From TPA_inf: Saccharomyces (lineage: Eukaryota), in assembly GCA_000146045.2 (NCBI GenBank), contig BK006937.2, forward strand, positions 64,001 through 128,000: 64,000 nucleotides of DNA, given 5' to 3'. Positions 1 to 10,703 of this stretch are shown in pieces. The notes beneath the pieces were generated by a model. That model did no database searches and was not told the DNA's origin. It saw only the letters and a list, made by a program, of their open reading frames with translations. A program made the position numbers and the translations under genes. Each line of letters starts with the position of its first letter. Position 1 is the first letter of the stretch.

Positions 1-481
1 TTTCGACACAGTTCATAACCGACAATCACCGTCAAGGAGAGAATCCCCGGTAACGGTATTTAGGCAACCCAGTCTTTCCCACTCAAAATCTTTGCACAAG
101 GATAGCAAAAACAAAGTACCCCAAATATCTACAAACCAATCTCACCCATCTGCCGTTTCAACAGCGAACACACCGGGGCCATCACCTAACGAGGCGTTAA
201 AACAGTTGCGTGCATCTAAAGAAGACTCCTGCGAACGGATCTTGAAAAACGCAATGAAAAGACATAACTTAGCAGATCAGGATTGGAGACAATATGTCTT
301 GGTCATTTGCTATGGGGATCAAGAGAGGCTGTTAGAATTGAACGAAAAGCCTGTGATCATATTCAAGAACTTAAAGCAACAGGGTTTGCACCCCGCCATT
401 ATGTTAAGAAGAAGAGGTGATTTCGAAGAAGTAGCAATGATGAACGGAAGTGACAATGTCACCCCCGGTGGAAGACTCTAA
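1..481 (+). CDS. STE50: 3' portion of STE50 (RA-domain C-terminus); 5' end lies outside the window. The reading frame is open from position 2 to the stop at 479-481.
   Basis: The frame is open from the window edge. The C-terminal peptide ...[58 protein letters not shown] is recognised as the Ste50 C-terminus. The ORF track reported only the TTG-initiated subfragment 92..481. Confidence 0.65.
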
Positions 482-674
482 TGTGCAGTTGTCATGCACA
501 TCATCATACTAAACTTACACGAATAGGATAACATGTATGCTAGCAGAATATATATGAAAGAAAAAAATTATTGATGCCTTTAAACTTATACTATTATACT
601 ATATTATGTTATATTATATTATTAGTTTTATAGATATATTGAGATATGTTGAATATGATGACGAGGATGGTGGT

Positions 675-1568
675 TTAAGTGTATGGATTGAATTTTCTCT
701 TAGCTTTCATTACCTTGATTCTTTCTTGATCTTCCTTAAATTTACTTAACAGTTGATTGATCTCCTGTTTTTTACGTTCTCTGACCTGAAATCTATAGAA
801 ATCTTTCTTTGCCTTTTTATCTATATTTGAAATTGGCTTGGCCTTATTTTCATGTTTGGATAATGGATTTTTGTTTAATATTTTCTTTCTTATGGAATTC
901 AATGACTTGGTGTTCTTTCCTACAACTAATGTGAATCCATCCTCATCCACTATAGAACTTTGAACATCCTCTTGTGCTTGAGCTTCACGCTGTTCAAAAA
1001 TTGCCATATGTGTATGAATATCTTCTTTCAAATAATCAATATCCAGTGGTTTGTAGAAGTTAACAAAAGTTGTGAATGATGGAGTCGTATATGTCCATTC
1101 AAATAGTTCATTTGGATGTTTGGCATGCAAATTCGAGTATTTTTTCAAAGCATTCCAGCAGTTATTTATACTTGCAGCATCAACAAATTTTAATAGCGCC
1201 GTGTTTCTTGGTGTGTATCTCTTCTCGTTGACGTCAGTGGAGGACATCAGATCGGAGGTCAATGCCGATAAATCTACTTCATGTAATCCAAATTCATCGT
1301 TATATAGTAGTTCCTCTACATGCGATACTGTATCGTATTTCCCACAGAGCTGCCCGACAAATTTCTTCATGTGCTCTATGTTAGATAATAATGGAAGGTT
1401 GACCAAAAACAAACAGTCAGACTCGTTGGAATTTGAACTCTGGTGTCTTTTAGCAAACATGAAATGCAACGAAGCTTCCTGGCTTTTGGGTAGTGCCTTG
1501 TGATCCGGTAATTTGAACGGCACCACTATAAACCCGTTCTTCATGGCGCTAATGTCTTCAATACCCAT
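675..1568 (-). CDS. RRP7: rRNA processing protein Rrp7 (297 aa)
   Basis: A 297-aa ORF on the minus strand; ATG confirmed at 1566-1568 (cat on plus). Its position immediately upstream of HIS4 is as in chrIII. Confidence 0.8.
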   Translation of the reverse strand: MGIEDISAMKNGFIVVPFKLPDHKALPKSQEASLHFMFAKRHQSSNSNESDCLFLVNLPLLSNIEHMKKFVGQLCGKYDTVSHVEELLYNDEFGLHEVDLSALTSDLMSSTDVNEKRYTPRNTALLKFVDAASINNCWNALKKYSNLHAKHPNELFEWTYTTPSFTTFVNFYKPLDIDYLKEDIHTHMAIFEQREAQAQEDVQSSIVDEDGFTLVVGKNTKSLNSIRKKILNKNPLSKHENKAKPISNIDKKAKKDFYRFQVRERKKQEINQLLSKFKEDQERIKVMKAKRKFNPYT

Positions 1569-1933
1569 CCCGTAACACTCTATCTGAGGTTGTTATCTGT
1601 TACCTAGTTCGTTCGCCCTAAATGCCTCTTGCTTTACCATCCTCTCAATGTTCTCTTCTTTTTCCTGCTTATTTCTTAGGTGACCAAAAAGTGAAAAATT
1701 TTCCAATTTAACTTACGTCGTTCGAAGTGATGACAATAAGGATATTCATTTATTAATCGCTATTTGATACCCACTCTTGCTACTACCTCTCTTTTAATCC
1801 AAAATTACAATTTTTACGTTACCATTCATTACATAGTGTATCTCTATTCATTCAAGACTGTATTTTGTTTGATATATATATGTATATATACATATTATTT
1901 TCGTTAGTGTTCGGTTTCCAAGTTAGAAATAAT

Positions 1934-4333
1934 CTACTGGAAATCCTTTGGGATCAACCCAAGCTTACTCATTCTGATTTTCACAGCGTTTCTGTGACCG
2001 TCTAGACCCTCCTTCTTGGCAACGCACATAACAGCTCTACCGATGTTTTCTAAACCTTCAGGGGTAATGTTTTGGGCAGTGATAAACTTTTGGAAGGTTG
2101 CAGTGTTGGCACCACTGTACTGCCTAGCGTAACCATAGGTTGGTAATGTATGGTTAGTACCACTTGAATAGTCACCGCACGATTCTGGAGTGTAAGCACC
2201 CACAAATACGGACCCTGCATTGTCAACCAATTTAACATAATCGTTAGCATTGGCGATTTGTAGAATCAAATGTTCTGGTGCATATTGGTTGGACATTTCA
2301 AGGGCTTCTTCGTAACCGTCACAAAGAACGATCGTACTGTGAGCAATACATTTACGAACAATATCCACACGTGGCAGTTGTAAAGCTTGATTGTGGACAG
2401 CATCTTGAATCTCTTGAATTTTCTTTTCGCTCAAGTTAACACCAACAAGGATAACTTGGGAGTCAATACCGTGTTCAGCTTGCGATAGCAAATCACTTGC
2501 AACAAAATCCACATCGGCATCTTCATCGGCAATAACCAAAACTTCACTTGGGCCAGCTGGCATATCAATGGAACATAGAGCTTGAGTGTCATTTTGAACA
2601 TACATTTTGGCGGCAGTCACAAATTGATTACCTGGACCCAAGATCTTATCCACTTTAGGAATAGTTTCTGTCCCGTAAGCCATAGCAGCAACGGCTTGGG
2701 CACCACCAGCTAGAACAATCTTGGAAGCGCCAACTTTTTCTGCGACATAAACAACTTCGGGTGAAACTTTACCATCAGATTTTCTTGGTGGAGATGCAAA
2801 CACAATCTCCTTACATTGGGCAACTTGTGCTGGAACACCAAGCATTAATGCAGTACTTGGTAAAATGGCAGTGCCACCAGGGATATACAAACCAACTTTT
2901 TCAATAGGACGAGGGAATCTGGAACACAAGACACCAGGTTGGGTTTCAACTTCAAGAGTCTCTGTTGGCAATTGAGCAGCATGGAATTTGCGGACGTTTT
3001 CAATTGAAAGGTCCAAAGCTTCCTTCATTTCCTCGGTTAAACCTTCAAAGTATTCTTCTGGGAATGGAGCATTAAGAACAGGATTGGATAATTTTACACC
3101 ATCAAACTTTTCTGTGTACTCCAAAAGGGCAGAGTTACCTTTGTCTCTAACATTTTCGATGATCGGATTGACTAAATGCATAATTTCAGAAGTCTTTTGG
3201 ATTGGTCTGCTCAAAGCCTTCTGCACACCAACTTTGTCGGAAGCCTTCACCACGTCCAAGTGAATTGGACCGGTCAGTTTTTCTTCTTCAGCCTTTGGTT
3301 GTCCAACAAACTTTGGCTTAGCATCACCTTTCCGTCTTGTAACCTTCAGATGCTTCATATTCAGATTATTCTCGACGTCCTTCAATGAAACATCGTTGGC
3401 CACTAATTTGGCCAGTGCAAAGTAGAACAAATCGGCAGCCTCCCAAGAAAGCTCCTTCTTACCCTTTGCCTCAGTCAGTTCTTCAGCTTCTTCCTTGATC
3501 TTGGCATCTAACAATGCAGAGTCGTTGAATAGTCTTCTAGTATAAGATTCCTCTGGAGCGTCCTGTAGCCTTTGTTTTAGTAAAGATTCTAGCCCCACCA
3601 AACCATGCTTGAATTCACCAAAGCAAGACATGGTCTCCAAGTGGCAAAATCCAACGTTTTCTTGTTCAACGATAAACTTTAAGGCATCCGAATCACAGTC
3701 AGTAGAGATTTGTAAAAGCTTTTGGCCATTGCCAGAAGTTTCACCCTTGATCCAGATTTCATTCCTAGAACGAGAATAATAAACGCCACGACCCAAATCG
3801 ATGGCCTTTGCTATAGATTTCTTCGAAGAATACACCAACCCTAGACAACGCTCATATTGGTCGACAACTAGGGTGGTATATAAACCGTCAGGACGGTCTG
3901 TACGTACTTCACCAAGCACTTCTTTGGTCAACATATCCTTGCTTAATTTCTTTATGGACACAATTTTATCTTGCGAGAATTTTTGTTTTACCATGAATTG
4001 ATTGGAGAAAACACCGTTCTCTTCCACAACAACACGCTCCTTTGGTACATTCAATTGTTCAACCAAGTGTTCGGCTGTTTTAGCATCTTGGCTAGCAATG
4101 AACAGAGAAGAAACTCCGTTGTTCAAGAAGGCAATGATTTCATCATCGCTGAATTTACCACTTGGCAAGGACAAAGCCACCAATGGAACTTCTTCCTCTT
4201 TGGAGAACTGGAGAATCTCTTCATTACTCAGGCTCGAGCCATCCAAAAGTACCTGACCAACAAGTGAAACGTATTCCTTCTTACTATTCCATGAGGCCAG
4301 ATCATCAATTAACGGTAGAATCGGCAAAACCAT
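1934..4333 (-). CDS. HIS4: Trifunctional histidine biosynthesis enzyme His4 (799 aa)
   Basis: A 799-aa ORF; N-terminus MVLPILPLIDDLASWNSKKEY and the C-terminal histidinol dehydrogenase region are recognised. ATG at 4331-4333. Confidence 0.97.
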   Translation of the reverse strand: MVLPILPLIDDLASWNSKKEYVSLVGQVLLDGSSLSNEEILQFSKEEEVPLVALSLPSGKFSDDEIIAFLNNGVSSLFIASQDAKTAEHLVEQLNVPKERVVVEENGVFSNQFMVKQKFSQDKIVSIKKLSKDMLTKEVLGEVRTDRPDGLYTTLVVDQYERCLGLVYSSKKSIAKAIDLGRGVYYSRSRNEIWIKGETSGNGQKLLQISTDCDSDALKFIVEQENVGFCHLETMSCFGEFKHGLVGLESLLKQRLQDAPEESYTRRLFNDSALLDAKIKEEAEELTEAKGKKELSWEAADLFYFALAKLVANDVSLKDVENNLNMKHLKVTRRKGDAKPKFVGQPKAEEEKLTGPIHLDVVKASDKVGVQKALSRPIQKTSEIMHLVNPIIENVRDKGNSALLEYTEKFDGVKLSNPVLNAPFPEEYFEGLTEEMKEALDLSIENVRKFHAAQLPTETLEVETQPGVLCSRFPRPIEKVGLYIPGGTAILPSTALMLGVPAQVAQCKEIVFASPPRKSDGKVSPEVVYVAEKVGASKIVLAGGAQAVAAMAYGTETIPKVDKILGPGNQFVTAAKMYVQNDTQALCSIDMPAGPSEVLVIADEDADVDFVASDLLSQAEHGIDSQVILVGVNLSEKKIQEIQDAVHNQALQLPRVDIVRKCIAHSTIVLCDGYEEALEMSNQYAPEHLILQIANANDYVKLVDNAGSVFVGAYTPESCGDYSSGTNHTLPTYGYARQYSGANTATFQKFITAQNITPEGLENIGRAVMCVAKKEGLDGHRNAVKIRMSKLGLIPKDFQ

Positions 4334-4526
4334 TATTCAGAAAAAAAATTTTGTAAACTATTGTATTACTATTACACAGCGCAGTTGTGCTATGATATTT
4401 TTATGTATGTACAACACACATCGGAGGTGAATATAACGTTCCATATCTATTATATACACAGTATACTACTGTTCATAGTCATATCCTTTTCTTACCTTCT
4501 ATATCGAATGACTGATAAAAAAACGT

Positions 4527-4588
4527 GAGTCACTGTGCATGGGTTTAGCAATTAATTAACTAATTTACCGGAGTCACTATTAGAGTCA
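4527..4588. promoter_or_regulatory. Cluster of three Gcn4-type TGACTC elements (present as GAGTCA on plus) in the HIS4 5' region
   Basis: GAGTCA at 4527-4532, 4571-4576 and 4583-4588, which is 195-255 bp upstream of the HIS4 ATG. HIS4 is a classic general-control target. Confidence 0.55.
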
Positions 4589-4598
4589 GTTCGACTGC

Positions 4599-5921
4599 CT
4601 AGAAGAACTGCTGGTTGTCAGGATTGTGATGGGGGCATTCTGCTGTATTATGACCCATCGTATCGCAATGCTCACACCACTGTTGTCTTCCTGCCGTGGT
4701 ATCGACTGGTGCAGGGGGGTCGAAAATTGGCAACGATTCCACGGCTGTTTGTGCTTGAGCCTGTTCCAACTGTTTGATTTTTTCATTAGCCTCTTCAAGT
4801 TTTTTCGTTAAGGATGCCACCTCTTCCGATGAGGAATCTTGTGGTTTTGTCAAAAATAGTTCCTTGCTCAAATTTTGGTATTCTTTACTGAGCGAATCGT
4901 TATGCATTTTCAATTGTTCGCGTTCTTTAGCCCACTTTGTCTTGTGTAACTCAAATTGGTCTTCTATGTTGCGTAATTGTTCCAGCTGTTTTTTCAGGAG
5001 TTCGACATCTTCGTTGGCACCAGTGGGTTGATTATGAGAAAGATTTCTCTCTTCGTTTTCTTTGATCTCTTCGTGTAGTTGGCTTACGACAGCAAGTAGC
5101 TGTTCATTCTCAGCGTCAAAAAACTGCTTTTGTTTGGCTTGCTGTCTGCGTTCGAGCTCCAATTGTTGCTTGAGATGGTCTATCTCTTTCTCTCTTTCTT
5201 GTATTGTGGCTTCATACCTATCAAAAGTCGGTTGCACTTCTTCGAGGACCATTCTTTGGTCATCGAGTAGCCTTTTGTAGTGTAGTTGTTTCCTTTGTAG
5301 CTTTTCGATGGTCAATTGGGCTTCTCGTAATTCAATTGTAACTTCGCTGCTATTGAGGTCATTCATGTGGCCATTGTCCGGTTTCCAATCGCTGGTGGTG
5401 TTGTGATTAGCCTTTCTGTCTGATGACAGGATAGAGTCGACCTCCATTCTGTCTTCTCTGTTATCGTAACCAAATTCTTGCTGTTGATGGTGATCCGATG
5501 CCTCCTGGTCCATCGACTGTTGATTACCGCTGTGCCGACTGGTGATCCGGAAACTTCTCATGGGTGTGGGGGATTTAGGATCATCCATGGGAGAGAACTG
5601 GTTAGTGAGCCTCACAATAGATCTGTTTTTGGGTATTGATAGCGGTTCCATTGTCGTTCTTCTCGAGGTTTGCGATATCGATGCCTTCTCGATCAATGAT
5701 GCGACTTTTTGCAACTGAATAAATAGTCCACTTTGAGGATACTCCGTTTGAAAATACTTCTTCCCCATGAATGATCCATCGTTCTTACCAATGTTGGCAA
5801 GTAAGTCTACACCAGCAAACATTCCAGCTTTCGTGTCCACTGGACCCACGTATTTCAGTTGTCCGCGCCCCAAATTTGGGATTTGTATGAAACATCCTAT
5901 CTTTCTTTGATATCTATCCAT
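4599..5921 (-). CDS. BIK1: Microtubule plus-end protein Bik1 (CLIP-170 family, 440 aa)
   Basis: A 440-aa ORF with an N-terminal CAP-Gly domain (GKKYFQTEYPQSGLFIQL), a central coiled coil and a C-terminal zinc knuckle CEHCDTMGHNTAEC. ATG at 5919-5921. Confidence 0.9.
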   Translation of the reverse strand: MDRYQRKIGCFIQIPNLGRGQLKYVGPVDTKAGMFAGVDLLANIGKNDGSFMGKKYFQTEYPQSGLFIQLQKVASLIEKASISQTSRRTTMEPLSIPKNRSIVRLTNQFSPMDDPKSPTPMRSFRITSRHSGNQQSMDQEASDHHQQQEFGYDNREDRMEVDSILSSDRKANHNTTSDWKPDNGHMNDLNSSEVTIELREAQLTIEKLQRKQLHYKRLLDDQRMVLEEVQPTFDRYEATIQEREKEIDHLKQQLELERRQQAKQKQFFDAENEQLLAVVSQLHEEIKENEERNLSHNQPTGANEDVELLKKQLEQLRNIEDQFELHKTKWAKEREQLKMHNDSLSKEYQNLSKELFLTKPQDSSSEEVASLTKKLEEANEKIKQLEQAQAQTAVESLPIFDPPAPVDTTAGRQQWCEHCDTMGHNTAECPHHNPDNQQFF

Positions 5922-6149
5922 GGTATTTCAAACGCATACACAGCCAGCCACAGCTCAACGCCTTTTACCTTGTCCTTTGATGCCTGTCTCGTCCAAACGT
6001 TTTTGGTGTCTTGGCCAATTGCCCTTCTGAAAAATCTCACTGTCCGCAACTCATTAAAAGATACCCAAGCAAGCTACACGATAAAGAAAGGAGAAAGTTC
6101 ATTAAAAGAACGTACATATAGCGATACAAACGTATAGCAAAGATCTGAA

Positions 6150-7367
6150 ATGGATACGGATAAGTTAATCTCAGAGGCTGAGTCTCATTTTTCTCAAGGA
6201 AACCATGCAGAAGCTGTTGCGAAGTTGACATCCGCAGCTCAGTCGAACCCCAATGACGAGCAAATGTCAACTATTGAATCATTAATTCAAAAAATCGCAG
6301 GATACGTCATGGACAACCGTAGTGGTGGTAGTGACGCCTCGCAAGATCGTGCTGCTGGTGGTGGTTCATCTTTTATGAACACTTTAATGGCAGACTCTAA
6401 GGGTTCTTCCCAAACGCAACTAGGAAAACTAGCTTTGTTAGCCACAGTGATGACACACTCATCAAATAAAGGTTCTTCTAACAGAGGGTTTGACGTAGGG
6501 ACTGTCATGTCAATGCTAAGTGGTTCTGGCGGCGGGAGCCAAAGTATGGGTGCTTCCGGCCTGGCTGCCTTGGCTTCTCAATTCTTTAAGTCAGGTAACA
6601 ATTCCCAAGGTCAGGGACAAGGTCAAGGTCAAGGTCAAGGTCAAGGACAAGGTCAAGGTCAAGGTTCTTTTACTGCTTTGGCGTCTTTGGCTTCATCTTT
6701 CATGAATTCCAACAACAATAATCAGCAAGGTCAAAATCAAAGCTCCGGTGGTTCCTCCTTTGGAGCACTGGCTTCTATGGCAAGCTCTTTTATGCATTCC
6801 AATAATAATCAGAACTCCAACAATAGTCAACAGGGCTATAACCAATCCTATCAAAACGGTAACCAAAATAGTCAAGGTTACAATAATCAACAGTACCAAG
6901 GTGGCAACGGTGGTTACCAACAACAACAGGGACAATCTGGTGGTGCTTTTTCCTCATTGGCCTCCATGGCTCAATCTTACTTAGGTGGTGGACAAACTCA
7001 ATCCAACCAACAGCAATACAATCAACAAGGCCAAAACAACCAGCAGCAATACCAGCAACAAGGCCAAAACTATCAGCATCAACAACAGGGTCAGCAGCAG
7101 CAACAAGGCCACTCCAGTTCATTCTCAGCTTTGGCTTCCATGGCAAGTTCCTACCTGGGCAATAACTCCAATTCAAATTCGAGTTATGGGGGCCAGCAAC
7201 AGGCTAATGAGTATGGTAGACCGCAACAGAATGGTCAACAGCAATCCAATGAGTACGGAAGACCGCAATACGGCGGAAACCAGAACTCCAATGGACAGCA
7301 CGAATCCTTCAATTTTTCTGGCAACTTTTCTCAACAGAACAATAACGGCAACCAGAACCGCTACTGA
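6150..7367 (+). CDS. RNQ1: Prion protein Rnq1 (405 aa) with a Q/N/G-rich C-terminal prion domain
   Basis: A 405-aa ORF. N-terminus MDTDKLISEAESHFSQGNH. The Q/N-rich domain carries repeated SFxALASMASSFM oligopeptides. Confidence 0.92.
   Translation: MDTDKLISEAESHFSQGNHAEAVAKLTSAAQSNPNDEQMSTIESLIQKIAGYVMDNRSGGSDASQDRAAGGGSSFMNTLMADSKGSSQTQLGKLALLATVMTHSSNKGSSNRGFDVGTVMSMLSGSGGGSQSMGASGLAALASQFFKSGNNSQGQGQGQGQGQGQGQGQGQGSFTALASLASSFMNSNNNNQQGQNQSSGGSSFGALASMASSFMHSNNNQNSNNSQQGYNQSYQNGNQNSQGYNNQQYQGGNGGYQQQQGQSGGAFSSLASMAQSYLGGGQTQSNQQQYNQQGQNNQQQYQQQGQNYQHQQQGQQQQQGHSSSFSALASMASSYLGNNSNSNSSYGGQQQANEYGRPQQNGQQQSNEYGRPQYGGNQNSNGQHESFNFSGNFSQQNNNGNQNRY
6609..6665 (+). repeat. Hexanucleotide microsatellite (CAAGGT/CAGGGA)n encoding a (QG)n tract inside RNQ1
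   Basis: ggtcagggacaaggtcaaggtcaaggtcaaggtcaaggacaaggtcaaggtcaaggt read directly from the sequence. The antisense and alternate-frame track ORFs here (KVKVKV...) are artefacts of this repeat. Confidence 0.9.
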
Positions 7368-7615
7368 ACGATGATTCAGTTCGCCTTCTATCCTTTGTTT
7401 ACGTATTTGTTTATATATATAACTTTATTTTTTTTTATTAATTGGGCTGCAAGACAATTTTGTTGTCAGTGATGCCTCAATCCTTCTTTTGCTTCCATAT
7501 TTACCATGTGGACCCTTTCAAAACAGAGTTGTATCTCTGCAGGATGCCCTTTTTGACGTATTGAATGGCATAATTGCACTGTCACTTTTCGCGCTGTCTC
7601 ATTTTGGTGCGATGA

Positions 7616-7649
7616 TGAAACAAACATGAAACGTCTGTAATTTGAAACA
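7616..7649 (+). promoter_or_regulatory. Cluster of pheromone response elements (TGAAACA) in the FUS1 promoter
   Basis: TGAAACA at 7616-7622 and 7643-7649, and a TGAAACG variant at 7627-7633, about 160-190 bp upstream of the FUS1 ATG. FUS1 is the canonical Ste12/PRE-driven gene. Confidence 0.65.
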
Positions 7650-7802
7650 AATAACGTAATTCTCGGGATTGGTTTTATTTAAATGACAATGTAAGAGTGG
7701 CTTTGTAAGGTATGTGTTGCTCTTAAAATATTTGGATACGACATCCTTTATCTTTTTTCCTTTAAGAGCAGGATATAAGCCATCAAGTTTCTGAAAATCA
7801 AA

Positions 7803-9341
7803 ATGGTAGCAACAATAATGCAGACGACAACAACTGTGCTGACGACAGTCGCCGCAATGTCTACTACCTTAGCATCAAATTACATATCTTCGCAAGCTAG
7901 TTCCTCGACGAGTGTAACAACAGTAACGACAATAGCGACATCAATACGCTCTACACCGTCTAATCTACTCTTTTCTAATGTGGCGGCTCAGCCAAAATCA
8001 TCTTCAGCAAGCACAATTGGGCTTTCAATCGGACTTCCCATCGGAATATTCTGTTTCGGATTACTTATCCTTTTGTGTTATTTCTACCTTAAAAGGAATT
8101 CGGTGTCCATTTCAAATCCACCCATGTCAGCTACGATTCCAAGGGAAGAGGAATATTGTCGCCGCACTAATTGGTTCTCACGGTTATTTTGGCAGAGTAA
8201 GTGTGAGGATCAGAATTCATATTCTAATCGTGATATTGAGAAGTATAACGACACCCAGTGGACCTCGGGTGATAACATGTCTTCAAAAATACAGTACAAA
8301 ATTTCCAAACCCATAATACCGCAGCATATACTGACACCTAAGAAAACGGTGAAGAACCCATATGCTTGGTCTGGTAAAAACATTTCGTTAGACCCCAAAG
8401 TGAACGAAATGGAGGAAGAGAAAGTTGTGGATGCATTCCTGTATACTAAACCACCGAATATTGTCCATATTGAATCCAGCATGCCCTCGTATAATGATTT
8501 ACCTTCTCAAAAAACGGTGTCCTCAAAGAAAACTGCGTTAAAAACGAGTGAGAAATGGAGTTACGAATCTCCACTATCTCGATGGTTCTTGAGGGGTTCT
8601 ACATACTTTAAGGATTATGGCTTATCAAAGACCTCTTTAAAGACCCCAACTGGGGCTCCACAACTGAAGCAAATGAAAATGCTCTCCCGGATAAGTAAGG
8701 GTTACTTCAATGAGTCAGATATAATGCCTGACGAACGATCGCCCATCTTGGAGTATAATAACACGCCTCTGGATGCAAATGACAGTGTGAATAACTTGGG
8801 TAATACCACGCCAGATTCACAAATCACATCTTATCGCAACAATAACATCGATCTAATCACGGCAAGACCCCATTCAGTGATATACGGTACTACTGCACAA
8901 CAAACTTTGGAAACCAACTTCAATGATCATCATGACTGCAATAAAAGCACTGAGAAACACGAGTTGATAATACCCACCCCATCAAAACCACTAAAGAAAA
9001 GGAAAAAAAGAAGACAAAGTAAAATGTATCAGCATTTACAACATTTGTCACGTTCTAAACCATTGCCGCTTACTCCAAACTCCAAATATAATGGGGAGGC
9101 TAGCGTCCAATTAGGGAAGACATATACAGTTATTCAGGATTACGAGCCTAGATTGACAGACGAAATAAGAATCTCGCTGGGTGAAAAAGTTAAAATTCTG
9201 GCCACTCATACCGATGGATGGTGTCTGGTAGAAAAGTGTAATACACAAAAGGGTTCTATTCACGTCAGTGTTGACGATAAAAGATACCTCAATGAAGATA
9301 GAGGCATTGTGCCTGGTGACTGTCTCCAAGAATACGACTGA
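7803..9341 (+). CDS. FUS1: Cell-fusion membrane protein Fus1 (512 aa): O-glycosylated S/T-rich N-terminus, transmembrane segment, C-terminal SH3 domain
   Basis: A 512-aa ORF. N-terminus MVATIMQTTTTVLTTVAAMSTT followed by a hydrophobic segment LPIGIFCFGLLILLCYFYL. The C-terminal SH3-like region is YTVIQDYEPRLTDEIRISLGEKVKILATHTDGWCLVEK. Confidence 0.92.
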   Translation: MVATIMQTTTTVLTTVAAMSTTLASNYISSQASSSTSVTTVTTIATSIRSTPSNLLFSNVAAQPKSSSASTIGLSIGLPIGIFCFGLLILLCYFYLKRNSVSISNPPMSATIPREEEYCRRTNWFSRLFWQSKCEDQNSYSNRDIEKYNDTQWTSGDNMSSKIQYKISKPIIPQHILTPKKTVKNPYAWSGKNISLDPKVNEMEEEKVVDAFLYTKPPNIVHIESSMPSYNDLPSQKTVSSKKTALKTSEKWSYESPLSRWFLRGSTYFKDYGLSKTSLKTPTGAPQLKQMKMLSRISKGYFNESDIMPDERSPILEYNNTPLDANDSVNNLGNTTPDSQITSYRNNNIDLITARPHSVIYGTTAQQTLETNFNDHHDCNKSTEKHELIIPTPSKPLKKRKKRRQSKMYQHLQHLSRSKPLPLTPNSKYNGEASVQLGKTYTVIQDYEPRLTDEIRISLGEKVKILATHTDGWCLVEKCNTQKGSIHVSVDDKRYLNEDRGIVPGDCLQEYD

Positions 9342-9404
9342 TGAAAATAATATTGACGTTCGCATTTAATCTATACCTATAATTCTGTACTTATATACTG
9401 TTCC

Positions 9405-9986
9405 TTAATTGAAGATTTCAACATCGTTTTTGATGTAGGTCTTTTCACCTGGAGGTGCGGCTGGGGTACCGAAGACTAATTGAGCTTGTACGGTCCAAGA
9501 CTCAGGGATTTTGCTTGGCAAAGCAGCTTTTATGTAACCATTGTAGTGTTGTAGGTGACCACCCAGGCCCATTGCCTCCAAGGCAACCCACGAGTTGATT
9601 TGAGCGGCACCAGAGGTATGGTCCGCGAAACTAGGGAATGCAGCTGCGTACGCTGGGAAGTCAGCCTTTAGCTTTTCAGTTACCTTGTCGTCGGTGAAGA
9701 AGATTACAGAACCAAAGGCCTCATCCCTTGCTGAAGCAGGCCTCTTTTGACCGGCAGGGCTTTCTATAGCCTTAGTCACTTCGTCCCAAACTTTTTTGTG
9801 AGTTTCACCAGTCAAGATAACAGCGCGATTTGGCTGGGAGTTGAAAGCGGTGGGTGTTTCTTTAATGATGGTTTGGACGACGGATTGGATGTCGTTGATA
9901 GTAATTTCACCAGGTAACTCCGGTTTCAAAGCGTAAATAGTACGACGAGCAGTTAAAGTTTTCAAATAAGTTGCAACAGCAGACAT
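9405..9986 (-). CDS. FRM2: Type II nitroreductase-like protein (193 aa), tandem paralog of the next gene
   Basis: A 193-aa ORF with ATG at 9984-9986. It is paralogous to the ORF at 10704-11285 with about 55-60% identity by eye (same motifs TIYxLKPELP, RAVI, SVIFFTD, AAAFP, ALE..GLG..LQHYN). Confidence 0.85.
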   Translation of the reverse strand: MSAVATYLKTLTARRTIYALKPELPGEITINDIQSVVQTIIKETPTAFNSQPNRAVILTGETHKKVWDEVTKAIESPAGQKRPASARDEAFGSVIFFTDDKVTEKLKADFPAYAAAFPSFADHTSGAAQINSWVALEAMGLGGHLQHYNGYIKAALPSKIPESWTVQAQLVFGTPAAPPGEKTYIKNDVEIFN

Positions 9987-10162
9987 GATATTGGATTGTT
10001 TTTTTGTATATATGTTGATATAGGATACTTCAGTCTACGAAAAAAGTACAAATTATGTAGTCAGTTCCTTCAGTATGGTGTCCTTATATACTGTAGTTTG
10101 GACAAGGTGCAAATGCCAAGACCCTAGCCCGAAAAGCTCGAGGCACCCCAGGATCTTTTTCT

Positions 10163-10170
10163 TTACGTAA
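10163..10170. promoter_or_regulatory. Perfect palindrome TTACGTAA (bZIP/Yap- or CRE-like site) about 180 bp upstream of FRM2, with a second CACGTAAAA 9 bp downstream
   Basis: ctttacgtaattttcacgtaaaacg read directly. Whether it is functional is an inference. Confidence 0.3.
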
Positions 10171-10520
10171 TTTTCACGTAAAACGCCACAGTCCGATTTT
10201 TCTCGAATAATCATTAGTAAAAGCGGTATACTGGATTATTGTACGATAACAAGGTAGAGCTTTATTACTAAGCTAAGACGTTCTTACATCAATAGTGCTG
10301 TTCGTTATTGATGTTAGGAGAAGGAGCGGGTCTGGTGAATAGTGTAAGCAGTGTTTCTGAACTTTTTCTTCGTCTAAGTCCTTGTAATGTAAGGTAAGAA
10401 TGCAAGCATCTTGTTTGTAACGCGATTGTACGTTGACGTTAGTAAGTCACAAACCCAAGCTTAACTTCTTCGTGAGGAAGGAAAGTGTTGTCTCCTACTT
10501 TTTTCAAATTTTCGAATTGT

Positions 10521-10531
10521 ATTTATATTTA
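10521..10531 (+). promoter_or_regulatory. Exact match to the ARS consensus sequence (ATTTATATTTA = WTTTAYRTTTW) in the FRM2-HBN1 intergenic region; candidate ARS306 core
   Basis: An 11/11 ACS match within an AT-rich intergenic region; ARS306 is known to map between these genes (from memory). No functional test is possible here. Confidence 0.45.
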
Positions 10532-10703
10532 TTTAGTACTTCTTGAGTTTACATATCCTTCGTAAAAATGCAACTTTTGTCGAAAAACACTTCCAAAAAA
10601 AAATAATAATGAATTTATGAAGCATACTAACGAGCGAGCACATCGCTGAGGTATCATTACTTCATGAGATAAATTAAGATCTCCTCATATGCGAATTTCC
10701 TGT

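Noticed and set aside
6520-7374. Alternate-frame and antisense ORFs across RNQ1 (KVKVKV..., 6693..6935, 6790..7176, 6985..7374)
   Set aside because: They are products of the (CAAGGT)n and Q/N-rich repeats read in the wrong frame or strand.
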